DNA of 64,000 nucleotides, taken from assembly GCA_030390025.1 (NCBI GenBank), contig CM059432.1, forward strand, positions 57,414,001-57,478,000, given 5' to 3'. The position numbers were made by a program, and so were the translations under genes. Under the pieces are notes generated by a model, which saw nothing but the letters and a program-made list of their open reading frames with translations, searched no databases and had not been told where the DNA came from. The stretch is from Squalus acanthias (Eukaryota). Shown piece by piece: positions 37,061-50,127 of this stretch; the first letter of the stretch is position 1; each line of letters begins with the position of its first letter.

Positions 37061-40000
37061 AATCTCTCTTCATACGTCATTCCTGCCATCCCAGGTATCA
37101 GTCTGGTGAATTTTCGCTGCACTCCCTCCATGGCAAGAACATCCTTCCTCAGATAAGGCGACCAAAACGCCACACAATACTCAAGGTGTGGTCTCACCAA
37201 GGCCCTGTACAACTGCAGCAAGACATCCTTGTTCCTGTACTCGAATCCTCTCGCTATGAAGGCCAACATACCATTTGCCTTCTTAACCGCCTGTTACACC
37301 TGCATGCTTACCTTCAGCAACTGGTGCACAAGGACACCCAGGTTTTGTTGCACTTCCCCTTTTCCCAATCTATTGCCGTTCAGATAATAATCTGTCTTTC
37401 TGTTTTTGCCACCAAAGTGGATAACCTTGCATTTATCCACATTATACTGCATCTGACATGCATCTGCCCAATCACCCAACCTGTCCAAATCATACTGGAG
37501 TTTCTCTGCATCCTCCTCACAGCACACACGCCCACCCAGCTTTGTGTCGTCTGCAAACTTGGAGATATTACATCTAGTTCCCTCATCTAGATCATTAATA
37601 TATATTGTGAATAGCTGGGGTCCTAGCACCAATCCCTGCGGTACCCCACTAGTCACTGCCTGCCACTCGGAAAAAGACTCGTTTATTCCAACTCTTTGCT
37701 TCCTGTCTGCCAACCAGTTCTCTATCCAAGTCAGTACCTTACCCCCAATCCCATGTGCTTTAACTTTGCATGCTAATCTCTTATGCGGGACCTTATCGAA
37801 AGCCTTCTGAAAGTCCAAATACACCACATCCACTGGTTCTCCCTTATCTATTCTACCAGTTACATCCTCAAAAAATTCCAGTGGATTAGTCAAGCATGAT
37901 AAGACATTGCATCACTTCTGCCTGTGTTGCAATGGAAGCTACCAGATCGCCCATCACACGTGGCATCAGGTCTGGGTCGCCATAGTCTCTCAGGGAGTCA
38001 TAAGAACAGAAGAACATAAGAAATAGGAGCAGGAGTAGGCCATTCGGCCTTTTGAGCCTGCTCCGCCATTCAATGCTGATCTTCTGCCTCAACTCCATTC
38101 ATCGGCCCTATCGCCATATCCCTTGAAGCCCTTACCAGTCAGAAATCTATCGACTTCTGTTTTGAATATACCCAATGACTGAGCCTCCACAGCCTTCTGG
38201 GGTAGAGAATTCCAAAGATTCACCACACTCTGTGTGAAAAAATTTCTTCTCATCTCAGTCCTGAATGGCCTACTCTTTATCCTGAGGCTGTGGCCCCTGG
38301 TTCTAGACTCCCCAGCCAAGGGAAACATTCTCCCAGCATCCACCCTATCAAGCTCTGTAATAATTTTGTATGCTTCAATGAGATCCCCTCTCATTCTTCT
38401 GAATTCAAGAGAATACAGGCCTAGTTTACTCAATCTCTTCTCATATGACAGTCCCGCCATCCCAGGAATCAATCTCGTGAACCTTCGTTGCACTCCCTCT
38501 ATGGCAAGTATATCCTTCCTTAGGTCAGGAGACCAAAATTGTACACAATACTCCAGGTGTGGTCTCACCATGGCCCTATCTAATTGGAGTAAGACTTCTT
38601 TACTCCTGTACTCAAATCCTCTTGTAATGAAGGCCAGCATACCATTTGCCTTCCTAATGGCTTGCTGGACCTGCACATTCACTTTCAGTGACTCATGTAC
38701 AAGGACACCCAGGTCCCTTTGAGAATCTGCATTCCCCAATCTTTCATCATTTAGGAAATACTCTGCCTTTCTGTTTATTCTACCAAAGTGAATAACTTCA
38801 CATTTATCCACATTATATTCCATCTGCCACGTTCTCGCCCACTCACTGAGCCTGTCGTGATCCCCTTGAAGCCTCTTCACATCCTCTTCGCAACTGACAG
38901 TGCCACCTAGTTTTGTATCATCAGCAAATTTGGAAATGTTACATTTAGTCCCCTCATCCAAATCATTGATATAGATTGTGAATAGCTGGGGCCCAAGCAC
39001 CGAGCCTTGCGGTACCCCACTAGTCACAGCCTGCCATCCTGAAAAAGACCCGTTTATCCCTACTCTTTGATTTCTGTCTGTTAACCAATTCTCAATCCAT
39101 GCTAGTATATTACCCCCAATTCCATGTGCCCTAATTTTGTTCACCAACCTCTTGTGTGGGACCTTATCGAAGGCCTTCTTAAAATCCAGATACACCACAT
39201 CTACCGGTTCCCCTTTGTCTACTCCACTAGTTACATCCTCAAAGATCTCCAATAGAGTCATAGAGTTATACAGCACAGAAAGAGGCCCTTTGGCCCATCG
39301 TGTTCGCGCCGGTCATCAAGCCCTGTCTATTCTAATCCCATTTTCCAGCACTTGGTCCGTAGCCTTGTATGCTATGGTGTTTCAAGTGCTCATCTAAATG
39401 CTTCTTGAATGTTGTGAGGGTTCCTGCCTCTACCACCCTTTCAGGCAGTGAGTTCCAGATTCCAACCACCCTCTGGGTGAAAAAGTTTTTCCTCAAATCC
39501 CCTCTAAACCTCCTGCCCCTTACCTTGAAACTATGCCCCCTGGTTATTGACCCCTCTACTAAGGGGAAAAGCTCCTTTCTATCTACCGTATCTATGCCCC
39601 TCATAATTTTGTACACCTCAATCAGGTCCCCCCTCAGCCTTCTCTGCTCTAAGGAAAACAACCCCAGCCTGTCCAGTCTCTCTTCATAGCTGAAGCACTC
39701 CAGCCCAGGTAACATCCTGGTGAATCTCCTCTGCTCCCTCTCCAATGCAATCACATCCCTCCTATAGTGTGGCGACCAGAACTGCACACAGTATTCCAGC
39801 TGTGGCCTAACTAGCGTTTTGTACAGCTCCATCATAACCTCCCTGCTCTTATATTCTATGCCTCGGCTAAAGAACGCAAGTATCCCATATGCCTTTTTAA
39901 CCACCTTATCTACCTGTCCTGTTGCCTTCAGGGATCTATGTACATGCACACCAAGGTCCCTCTGATCCTCTGTCCTTCCTAAGATCCTACCATTCATTGT

Positions 40001-41233
40001 GTATTCCCTTGCCTTGTTAGTCCTCCCAAAATGCATCACCTCACACTGTTCAGGGTTAAATTCCATTTGCCACTGTTCTGCCCATCTAACCATCCGTCTA
40101 TATTGTCCTGTAGCCTGAGGCTTCCCTCCTCACTATTTAGCACTCCACCAATTTTCGTGTCATCTGCGAACTTACTGATCATACCTCCTACATTCATATC
40201 TAAATCATTAATGTACACTACAAACAGTAAAGGCCCCAGCGCCGATCCCTGTGGTACACCACTGGACACAGGCTTCCAGTCACAAAAACAACCTTCGACC
40301 ATCACCCTCTGCCTCCTGCCACTAAGCCACTTTTTGATCCAATGTGCCAAATTGCCCTGGATCCCATGGCTCTTACCTTCTTGACCAGTCTCCCATGTTG
40401 GACTTTGTCAAAAGCCTTACTGAAGTCCATGTAGACTACATCAACTGCACTACCCTCATCCACACACCTAGTCACCCCCTCGAAAAATTCAATCAAATTG
40501 GTCAGACATGATCTACGCCTGACAAAGCCATGCTGACTATCCCTGATTAATCCCTGCCTCTCCAAGTGGAGACTAATTCTGTCCCTCAGAATTTTTTCCA
40601 ATAATTTCCCTACCACTGATGTTAGGCTCACTGGCCTGTAAATCCCTGGTTTATCCCTACTACCCTTCTTGAACAATGGTACTGCGTTAGCTGTTCTCCA
40701 CTCCTCTGGCACCTCCCCTGTGGCCAGAGAGGTTCTGAAAATTTCTGTCAGAGCCCCTGCAATCTCCTCCCTTGCCTCACACAGCAGCCTGGGATACATC
40801 CCGTCAGGGCCTGGGGATTTATCCACTTTTAAGCCCGCTAAAACCGCTAGTACCTCCTTCCTCTCAATACTAATTTGTTCAAGTATATCACAATCCCCCT
40901 GCCTGATTTCTATGCCTACATCACCCTTCTCCATAGTGAACACAGATGCAAAATATTCATTTAAAACCTCACCTACATCTTCCGGCTCTACAGACAGATT
41001 GTCACTTTGGTCCCTAATGGGCCCTACTCTTTCCCTGGTTATCCTCTTGCCCTTAATAAACTTATAAAACACCTTGGGATTTTCCTTTATTTTGCCCGCC
41101 AGTGTTTTTTCATGCCCCTTCTTCGCTCTCCTAATTTATTTTTTAAGTACCCCCCTGCACTTTCTATACTCCTCTGGGGCTTCCACTGTTTTTACTCCTT
41201 TGTATCTACCAAAAGCCTCCCTTTTTTTCCTAA

Positions 41234-41848
41234 AATGAGAAGTCGCTCAACACCAGGTTATAGTCCAACAGTTTTATTTAAAATTACGAGCTTTCGGAGC
41301 TCCGCTCCTTCTTCAGGTACAAGTACAGTGAGGGAATCGATTACACAGTATATATACACAGAAAACAATTTGTCTGCAGAGATACAATCTGTTAGGGAGG
41401 CATTACATCAAAGACACATCAGAGTACAGCTAAGACAATGAGGTGGGTCACAGGGGGTCTAGCGTGTCAAATGCTGCAGTCTGCAGTTAAGCTTTTAACT
41501 TTTTTTTTAAAACTGGAAAAACAGACAATGATGTCGAGTCACGTTCTGTAGCGTGACATGAACCCGAGATCCCTATTGAGGCCGTCCTCATGGGTGCGGA
41601 ACTTGGCTATCAGTTTCTGCTCGATGATTTTGCGTTGTCGTGTTTCTCAAAGGCCGCCTTGGAGAACGCTAACCCGCAGATCCGAGGCTGAATGTCCTTG
41701 ACTGCTGAAGTGTTCCCCGACTGGGAGGTAACAATCCTGCCTGGCGATTGTTGCGCGGTGTCCGTTCATACGTTGTCTCAGTGTCTGCATGGTCTCGCCG
41801 ATGTACCATGCCGCGGTGCATTCTTTCCTGCAACGTATGAGGTAGACA
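41234..41848 (-). mobile_element. Penelope-like 3' fragment (GIY-YIG end plus pLTR)
   Basis: VYLIRCRKECTAAWYIGETMQTLRQRMNGHR; 10-bp TSD tttttcctaa; same family as 19006-21485. Confidence 0.9.
41284..41320 (-). ncRNA. minimal hammerhead ribozyme motif
   Basis: Minus strand tac-CTGAAGA-a-ggagc gga gctcc-GAAA-gctc-gta. Confidence 0.72.
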
Positions 41849-44800
41849 TTTTTCCTAATCCATTCTTGTATATCCCTTGACATCCAGGGTTCCCTGGGCT
41901 TGTTGGTCCCACCCTTGACCTTTACGGGAACATGTTGGCGTAGTACTCTCTCTATTTCCTTTCTGAAAGACTCCCATTGCTCTGATGTGGATTTTCCTAC
42001 AAGTAGCTGATCCCAGTCCACTTTGGCCAGATCCTGCCTTATCATATTAAAATCGGCCACCCCCCAATTTAGAACCTTTATTTCCGGTCCATTTTTAGGT
42101 TTGTCAAACAGGATTTCCTTTTCATAAATCCATGTTGACTCTGCCCAATCTTACTATTAGTTTCTAAGTGCCCAGTTATTGCATCCATTATTATAGATTC
42201 CAGCATTTTCCCAACTACTGATGTGAGGCTAACAGGTCTGTAGTTCCCCGTTTTCTCTCTCCCTCCTTTCTTAAATAGTAGGGTACATTTGCTATCCTCC
42301 AATCTGCAGGAACCGTTCCAGAATCTATAGAATTTTGCAAGATGACAACCAATGCATCCACTATTCCAATGGCCACCTCTTTCAAAACCCTAGGATGTAG
42401 GTCATCCGGTCCTTGGAATTTATCGACTTTTAGTCCCATTAATTTTGCTAGTACTGTTTTTTTACTAATAATAATTTCTTTAAGTTCCTCATCCTCGTCA
42501 CACCCTTGGTTTTCTCGTATTTCTGGGAGGTTTTTTGTGTCTTCCTCCATGAAGACAGAAACAAAGTATTTATTTAATTTCTCAGCCATTTCCTCATTCC
42601 CCATTACAAATTCTCCCGTCTCTGACTGTAAAGGACCTACATTTACCTTCGCCAGTCATTTCCTTTTCACATAGCTATAGAAGCTTTTACAATCCGTTTT
42701 TATATTTTTCGCTAGTTTGTGCTCATATTCCATTTTCCCTTTCTTTATCAATTTCTTGGTCCCCCTTTGCTGAGTTCTAAAAAGATCCCAATCCTCAGGC
42801 TGACCGCTTTGTCTGGCAACTTTATAAACTTCCTCCTTTGACTTAATACTAGTTTTAATTTCTTTTGTTAGCCATGGTTGGATCACTTTTCCTTTTGGGT
42901 TTTTATGCCCCAGATGAATATATGTTTGTTGCAAATTATGCATTATTTCCTTGAATGTTCGCCATTGTATGTCCACTTTCATACCTTTTAGTGTAGTCTC
43001 CCAATCTACCATGGCCAACTTGTCCCTCATTCCCTTGTAGTTTCCTTTGTTTAGATTGAAGACCTTAGTTTCAGATTGGACTACATCACTCTCAAAGTTA
43101 ATGTAAAATTCAATCATATTATGGTCACTTGTCCCTAAAGGCCCCTTTACCACAAGATTATTGATTAGCCCTTTCTCATTACACAGTACCAGATCCAGAA
43201 TAGCCTGTTCCCTGTTTGGTTTCTCCACATACTGATCCAGGAAACCATCTCGCATGCATTCCAAGAATTCGTCATCCACACTATTAGTGGTAATTAGATT
43301 TGCCCAGTCAATATGTAGATTAAAGTCCCCCATGATTACCGTATTGCCCTTGTTACATGCACTTCTAATCTCTTGATTGATACTGTGCCCTACATTACCA
43401 TTACTGTTTGGTGGTCTATACACAACTCCCTCCAATGTTTTCCGCTCTTTTCTGTTTCTTAGCTCCACCCAAACTGATTCCACTTCTACATCACGATCTG
43501 CCAAGCCAAGATCTTTTATCTCTACCGTACCGATCTCATCCCTTATTAACAGCGCTACGCCACCTCCTTTTCCTTTTTATCTGTCCTTCCTAAATGTTGA
43601 GTATCCTGGAACATTCAGTTCCCAGCTTTGGTTACCCTGCAACCATGTCTCTGTAATGGCAATTACATCATACCCATTTACTTCTATTAGTGCCATTAAT
43701 TCATCCACCTTGTTGCGAATGCTACGTGCATTTAGATAAAGTGCCTTCAACTTTGCCTGTTTAATATTTTTCTGCACTTTGACCCTCTTTACTGTTGGAC
43801 TTTGTTTCTGCTCCCTACTAGTTTTGCTGACTACTTTTCTAACTTGCACTTCCAGCTTTGTTTCTAGCTGCCTGAGTCTACCATGCTTTGCAGACTGGAA
43901 ATGATGGGCTCCATGGTGTGCGCAGAGGCTTGTGCAATGTTGGAGGCGGACTCCTCCACACTCCTTACCATTGCCGACAGGCACTCGGGCACCCTCATCA
44001 TTGCACCTATCATCTCCGTGTGCATGCCCACCACCCTTCTTCTAAAGGCCTCCCCATCGAGTTTCTCATCTGAGTCCTATGCAGCAGAACTCGCGCGCAA
44101 ACTCACCCTCTGGGGAGCTGGCCCCGAGCTACCCTTTTCCCCTGGCCTTGCTGCAGCTTGCTCGTTCCCGGTGCCTCACCCTATGCAGATTCTGCTACTA
44201 TACTAACCTCGAAAGAATGAGTAGTGCCAGTATCTGAGCTGGTGCCTTCGGGTGAGACAGGTGTGTTCTTTCTCCTCCTCTTCTCCCGCCTCGCTCTCTA
44301 AGGTGCCCTCAGGGACAGGCTGCTCAGGTGCTTGCTCATTATCTGAAAGCATAAAGGCACAAGAGTTGGGTTAAGGTGAGGGGAGAGGGGCAGGAAGGGA
44401 GAAATAGATGCATACAGCATGATTAGCTGGAAAGTGCGAAAGGCTTGTGGTGTGAGGGGGAAGTGGGATGTGAGAAGAAGGAATAGGGATGAACATAATG
44501 TTGTTGTCCCCAAAGGGGTGAACATCACTGGTGGCCACGGCACCCACCACCTGGTGCCGAATAATCTCCAGTACTCGATTTTCCAGCGCAGACAGTGGTT
44601 GGGTGTCGGCTTGTCCCCCGATTGTGTGCTCCTGCTCCCTCCTGTTGTGAGCAACCTTGGCCTGCAAGAGAAAAGAAAGTGTGTGAGTGAGTGTGCAGCA
44701 ATATGTTTGGGTGATATGCCTGCCATAGTTGAATAGCTGTCATTGTGTGCAAGGTGTGAGATGTGGGTGTGAATGTTGTTAGGTAGAGATTGTTGGTGGG

Positions 44801-47686
44801 TGAGCGCTGGGGCTGTGGTGCTTTGGCCAGTGTGTGCAGACTGTGGTTCAGACAGTGGTATGTAGCATTTGTTGAGGCATTGACTCATCCTGACTGCCTG
44901 AGTGAGGTTGTAAAATTTCTTCCTGCACTGTGTGTGGGTTCTGGGGACCACACTGCTGCCCGAGACATGCTGAGCAACCTCCCTCCACATGGCACGGATG
45001 ACTTGCGGTGAAGGCCTCCTGCCATTTGCCGGGTAGAGCACCACCCTCCGTCTCTCCACAGCAGACAACAACTCTTCCAATGCTTGGTCTGAATATCTGT
45101 GGGCTCTCTCCCTGGGGCGTGGATCTGTACATCATGGCAGCTGCTTGAGTCGTCCAGCTCCTTGGGCTTGGCCTGTTCCTGCTTGCTGACACAGGTTCAC
45201 AGCCAGCAGTACTGAGAATCAGATTCTGCAGCATCAATGAACCTCCCCTTTAAGAACTGGAAAGTGTCTGTAACAATGATGACATGCAATTAGACTGCAC
45301 CTCATATTGGTTAGCGCTTTGAATGTAGCGCCACTGAGCTAGGTCATTAGCACTTGATTTAGCACTTCAATCCTTTCTTTGAGCGACGATACTCAATTTC
45401 ATGTGCAGCATGATTCATTAGCGCCAGGCGCTAATTCTCAAACTTTTCAAAAGTTACTGCCCATTCCTGGGCTATAATGAATTTCTCCCCCAAGATCCCA
45501 GAGCATACATGAACAGAAAAGGGCTTTCACTCGCTGATAATGCAGCTGGTGTGTGATGAAATGCAGTGCATCAGACATCCTGGCAGTCCAATGCATTGAG
45601 CAATTGCTGGTGCACAGCTATCATTCTCCTTTTAAAGGCTGGTCTTCTGTAGTAGAGCTAGGATGCAAGCTTTCCCTCTGGAGAGCTGTGTCCCATGCCA
45701 TACTTTTTCCCCTGCCCTTGCTCCTGCTCACCTGTATTCGGTGAATCACCTAGCGCAGACTCCTGTAACTCACTCCCTACTGTACGTTGGGTGTCGCTTT
45801 CTGAGCAAATACTTGGAAGGGTAAGAGAAAGTGATGGTGTATCTTCCAAAGGCTGTCCTTCTCTTGCTCCACTACAGCTGGGCCCAGGACTTACGAGGGA
45901 ACTGGAAAGATCGGAGATAGACAACTGGCATTTAGTGGCAAGGGAAAGCAGTAGCAGATAAGTGGCAGCTCTATGCACCGCAAGGTTGTCATGTAGAGTA
46001 TGTGAAGGAGAGAGTTCAGTGTCAAGAGAAAAGGAGGTGAGGTAGCCAATCACCCTGTGGGACATTTCCTGCACCCTTGCCATCTGTCACACCTCACGCC
46101 CTCCCTCTGCCAATGACATCAATGGCTGCCTTTTCCGTTGGTCTGAGGATTTGCGTAGCTTGTTGCCTTCCTTTGGTTCTTGTCATGTCTCTCTTGTTGT
46201 GCACCCGCTTTTCCTGTGAGAAGAGTGGGAGCGTGTTTGTGTGTGGCCTATTGAAGGGATATGATGGTGTCTGTGTCATATTAGCATAATGCGCATGGTG
46301 AGAGAATGAAGAAGTAGGTGTGGGAAGAAGGAATATAATTGTGAGGGCAGGAGCAGGTGCAGAGTGTTCAAGTGGAAGCAGAAGGAGGTGCATGGAAGAG
46401 TACTGTTCTCATTTGAGGACAGAGATGGGACAGGAATGTTTGTTAGATCTGGGGATACAGCAGAGTGGTGCAGGGTTGTGCAGAGAGTAAGAGAGCTGTA
46501 AATGAGAATCTTACCTTAGCATCTCTAGTCAAGTCATTGAATTTCTTCAAGCATTGCTGCCAGGTCCTAGGTGTAGCGCTTCTGGCATTGGCTTGTTCTG
46601 CAACCTCTGACTACAGTTGAGGGGTTATTTTACTGGGGCGCCCTGGGTCTGTTTGTGGGGAAAAGCTTCCTTCCTCCTGGCCAGGACCTTCCCAGCATCA
46701 GCATCATCTAAGAAGCAGGGGGCCCTGGCAGCAGTAATTTTCCATAAATTCAGCAGTTCATGCAGTACAGAAGGCAGCATTAACCAAATACACTCCCCCT
46801 TTAATCGTGGGAGTTCTGCCGAATTTGGTGCCCCCGCCCCCCCCCCCCCCCCACACCCCCCACAAGCCCAGGTAGTGCTGACAGCTCACTCTTACCATCG
46901 AAATGATGCACACACCTCAATGTGATTCGTGCCTTATAACATTGGCTTCAGGCACGCTCAGCGAATATCCCGTGCACTTCACGCCCATTTTGCGCAAAAG
47001 TTGAAAACCCCCTTGACCACATTTATCCCAATTTACACAGGATATACTGCAGGAAACAAAAATTATTCAGTCTTGAACAAACTCATAGTCAATTCAACAT
47101 AAAAAATAGCACTTTCATAAATGGATATCTTGTGCTTGCATGTACCTAGGCAGCCACTTACAATACTAAAATATCTATATTTTTTATGGAAAATGTTTCA
47201 AAGTCTATACCAGCAAAATAGTGTTAATGGACAATCTTTCCTATGAAAACAAAATAATGAATAAATGGAAAGGTCATTACTGCCACTGTAGATCTAAAAT
47301 AAATCTATGCCTTCACATATGAAGTAAACATTAAAGAGAAGCTCACTCGACTCTGCCAAACACCTTTTCTGCAGTGATGGAGACAGTAGCACCCACAACT
47401 GATAGCCACACACAGTGACAAAATCAAAGGAATGTTAGAGTATCTGCAGAATTAATACTTCTAAGAAATTCTACCTGGGAATATAACAGGATAAGGCAGA
47501 ACCATCTCCAATCTATTAGCTCAAACATTGGACAAAATCTTACAATCTGTATTCATGAGTGAGATGGGTCAGTAACTCCCGAATTTATCAGAGCCTTGTT
47601 AAAAAAAAAGCCATGGCTGTGAAATTCTGGTCTGAATGATTGGATTATTTAAAGATACTTGTTCTGTAACATATAACATAGGTAAT

Positions 47687-48447
47687 GGGCCAAAAATTCG
47701 TCCTTCCCGGGTGAGTACACAGTGCGTACTCACCCGTAAGACGTCCCGAAGTGCCGGTTTCCTGCATGCACTGCGGATGCGCGGGAAACCGGAACTTCCG
47801 GTCTGGTGAAGGGGGCGGTTCCTAGGTGAACCGCGTGCGCGGTAGAGGCTGCGCGCATGCAGCAAACCTAGATTTTTTTTCAGGTTTCTACGGGAGGGTA
47901 AGTAGTGAAGAACCTACGCTTATGAAAAGGAGGCGCAAGACCCATTTTCAACAAGGTAAGTGGTTAATTAAGTATAATTAAAAAAAATTTCAACAGGTTT
48001 ATCTTTTTTAGATACTTTAAAGAAAGGTAAGTTTATTTTTATCACTTTTAAAAAGTATTTTAATTTTTTCAAAAATGTAAATTTTTGTTTAAAGTGGTTA
48101 ATTTATTTAACTATAGTTATTTTATAAATGTGATGGTTTTTAAAAAATTTATTTTAAGTTTAGCTGTTCTTTTGGGGCCGATTTCAATTCACAGATTTGA
48201 CAGGTCTCCTGTCAAATCTATGAATGAAAGATGGTCTGCTGCCATTGGCTCTCCATGGCCCACGTGATCCCAGGGGACGCATCGCACTAACTGCGCCCCT
48301 GGGACATGCAAGCACTGCGCGCCGGCACTTGGAGCAGGCCCAGGAGCTGAAGTTCCCGTGGGCCCAAAACACAACGGCAGGCGCGGTAGGTAAGTGCGCG
48401 TGCGATCCTTACCCCCGCGGCAAGCCGGAGAGGTGAATTTCAGGGCC
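47687..48447. mobile_element. Harbinger-type MITE with AT-rich core
   Basis: Imperfect TIR gggccaaaaattc/gaatttcagggcc, TSD AAT. Confidence 0.72.
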
Positions 48448-48949
48448 AATGAAATTTCAACAAGGAAGGCTCTTTTGAAAGGGGCTAAATTCTAACATGT
48501 GCAGTTAATAAAAAAGTCTCCCCCCACCAACCCCCGATCACCTTTAATAGTCTTTTGATCCCTGGTAACAGTACTGTTGTTTTTTAATACTAGAGTATTC
48601 TGATACATAACACCCTGGATTTCCTTGTGTTCAGCTCTGCTGCTGTCCACCTGCAAGCTGATTCCTGACCTTGTTCCACTATCTGCATGCTTCCCCGCCC
48701 CCCACTTCCAGCAGAGATCACGACAGGCAGACTCAGCATAGTCAATTCCCGTGGCTGCCCACCCCGGTGTTATTACGCCCAGAAATATAAAGAAGTTTGA
48801 GCCAGCAGGTTTAGTGATCCCCATGGAAATTAAATCCCTATTTCAAAGACTTGCATCTCCATCCAAATCAAGGACAGTTCAGACGCATCAACGGTTTAAA
48901 AATTAAAATGTCTTGCTGCTTATTCCAAATTTGTTTGAGGGTTAAGCAA

Positions 48950-49830
48950 GCAAGAACTAGGCTATTTCGGTCAGATGCTGTTACCTCCAGAGGCAGAAAG
49001 CCCTCCAGGCGACACCTCCGCTGTCAGTGAGAAGAGGTTGCTGAGGAGGTCAATGCCAGGAGCATAGCTCCCAGGATATGGCTGCATGTTGAAAGAAATT
49101 CAATGAATTCACCAGAGTTGTCAAGGTAACAATACTGCTCTCTTGCTCTCTGCTCACACGCTCACTACCTCCAGCCTCACTACTCACAATACTCCCCTCC
49201 CCACTTTCCTTCACTCTCCTACAATCACTGCCCCACATTTTACTCTACCTCCTTCTCCTGATACTCACACACTCACCACTATTGCAACTCTCACTTCCCA
49301 CACCTTGCAACTTACACACTGCATACCAACTATTATTACCATGACAGGCACATTCTCTAAACACCTCATATGAATGTCACTAGCACATTCCCTTCTTTCT
49401 TGCAGGAGAAATTTACACACAACTTGCAGCAGGACACTGCCACCTACATATCCTCTCCTCTGTGGAAGAAAATCTGCTGGCCATCTTGGGCAGGGAGAGA
49501 GCTATGGCCGAGGCAAGTGGCAACACTGGAAGAGATGTTGCCCAGGGTTTCTTACAGCCTTATCTTCTTTTTGCCTTCTTACTCATATTTCACCCTACAC
49601 ACACTGCATGACAAACAGCAGCTGCTTTTACCAGCTACTTCTTCCTCTGCTCTCCTTTCACATTAAAAGCTAACCCTTGTCTCGATCTTTCATTTCAGGT
49701 GCTAAAAATGCTGACTTCTAGGGCCCAGGCTAGCGAAGAAGATTGATGGGCATATACCAGGATATGCTAGGTGCACTAGACAGCCTGCCAGTGGGCTTGC
49801 GCACAATGGCTCATAGCATAGAGGTTACTA
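48950..49830 (+). mobile_element. degenerate Harbinger Myb/SANT gene remnant
   Basis: gaggaggtcaatgccaggagcatagctcccaggatatgg..aagaaattcaatga followed by an intron pattern as at 26900-27600; MMGIYQDMLGALDSLP matches the Myb last exon. Confidence 0.65.
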
Positions 49831-50127
49831 TAAGCGGTCTGAGTGTCTTACGATGCACCGCCTGCCATATTGGATGTCGAGGTGCCCGTTTTATACCTGT
49901 AAAACGGGCACAGGGCCAATTAATTTCTAGACCACAGTACAGGCACACTGCTGCACATGAATTGCTTGGACCGCTTATGGGAGTGGCCAGCATCATTGCA
50001 TACAAGAGAATACCTAAGATATACCTGAAACTCGTAAAACAAATCCAGACCACTTCAGGAATCATATCTGGCCCCACATGCAAATTTCTGTGTTACACTT
50101 AAAGAAAATTTTTTTTTTTAAAGGAAA

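Larger units (their letters stand above)
31546..37898 (-). mobile_element. CR1 LINE (parts 31546-31987 and 37061-37898) inserted in the Harbinger Myb exon
   Basis: The protein joins as ..AGMTYEERL|GRLGLYSLEFRR; flanked by taag on both sides. Confidence 0.9.
39256..42095 (-). mobile_element. second CR1 subfamily nested in CR1
   Basis: ORFs 40302-41072, 40036-40350 and 39332-40093; a different tail (tagagtcatagagttatacagcacagaa on +); flanked by tag. Confidence 0.92.
38000..43873 (-). mobile_element. CR1 LINE with near-complete ORF2 (parts 38000-39255 and 42096-43873) inserted in the Harbinger Myb exon
   Basis: APE start ALYLNARSIRNKVDELM at ~43745; RT ORF 38089-39276; flanked by a gagtc direct repeat. 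Confidence 0.93.
29173..45491 (+). mobile_element. complete Harbinger transposon with nested retroelement stacks
   Basis: 12-bp TIR gggggagaaatt/aatttctccccc and AAG TSD; transposase on +; Myb gene on - in pieces ~31015-31545, 37899-37999 and 43874-45135. Confidence 0.9.
28960..47012. mobile_element. outer, old Harbinger (parts ~28960-29172 and 45492-~47012) split by the 29173-45491 element
   Basis: Joining the flanks restores transposase sequence ..ALCAPTQ|DPRAYMNRKG/FHSLIMQLVCD. Myb-like exons lie on the minus strand at ~45660-46750. Confidence 0.75.

Noticed and set aside
47345..47600. Two small minus-strand exon candidates
   Set aside because: Splice-like signals are present, but one candidate has stops in all frames and the other gives no recognisable peptide.
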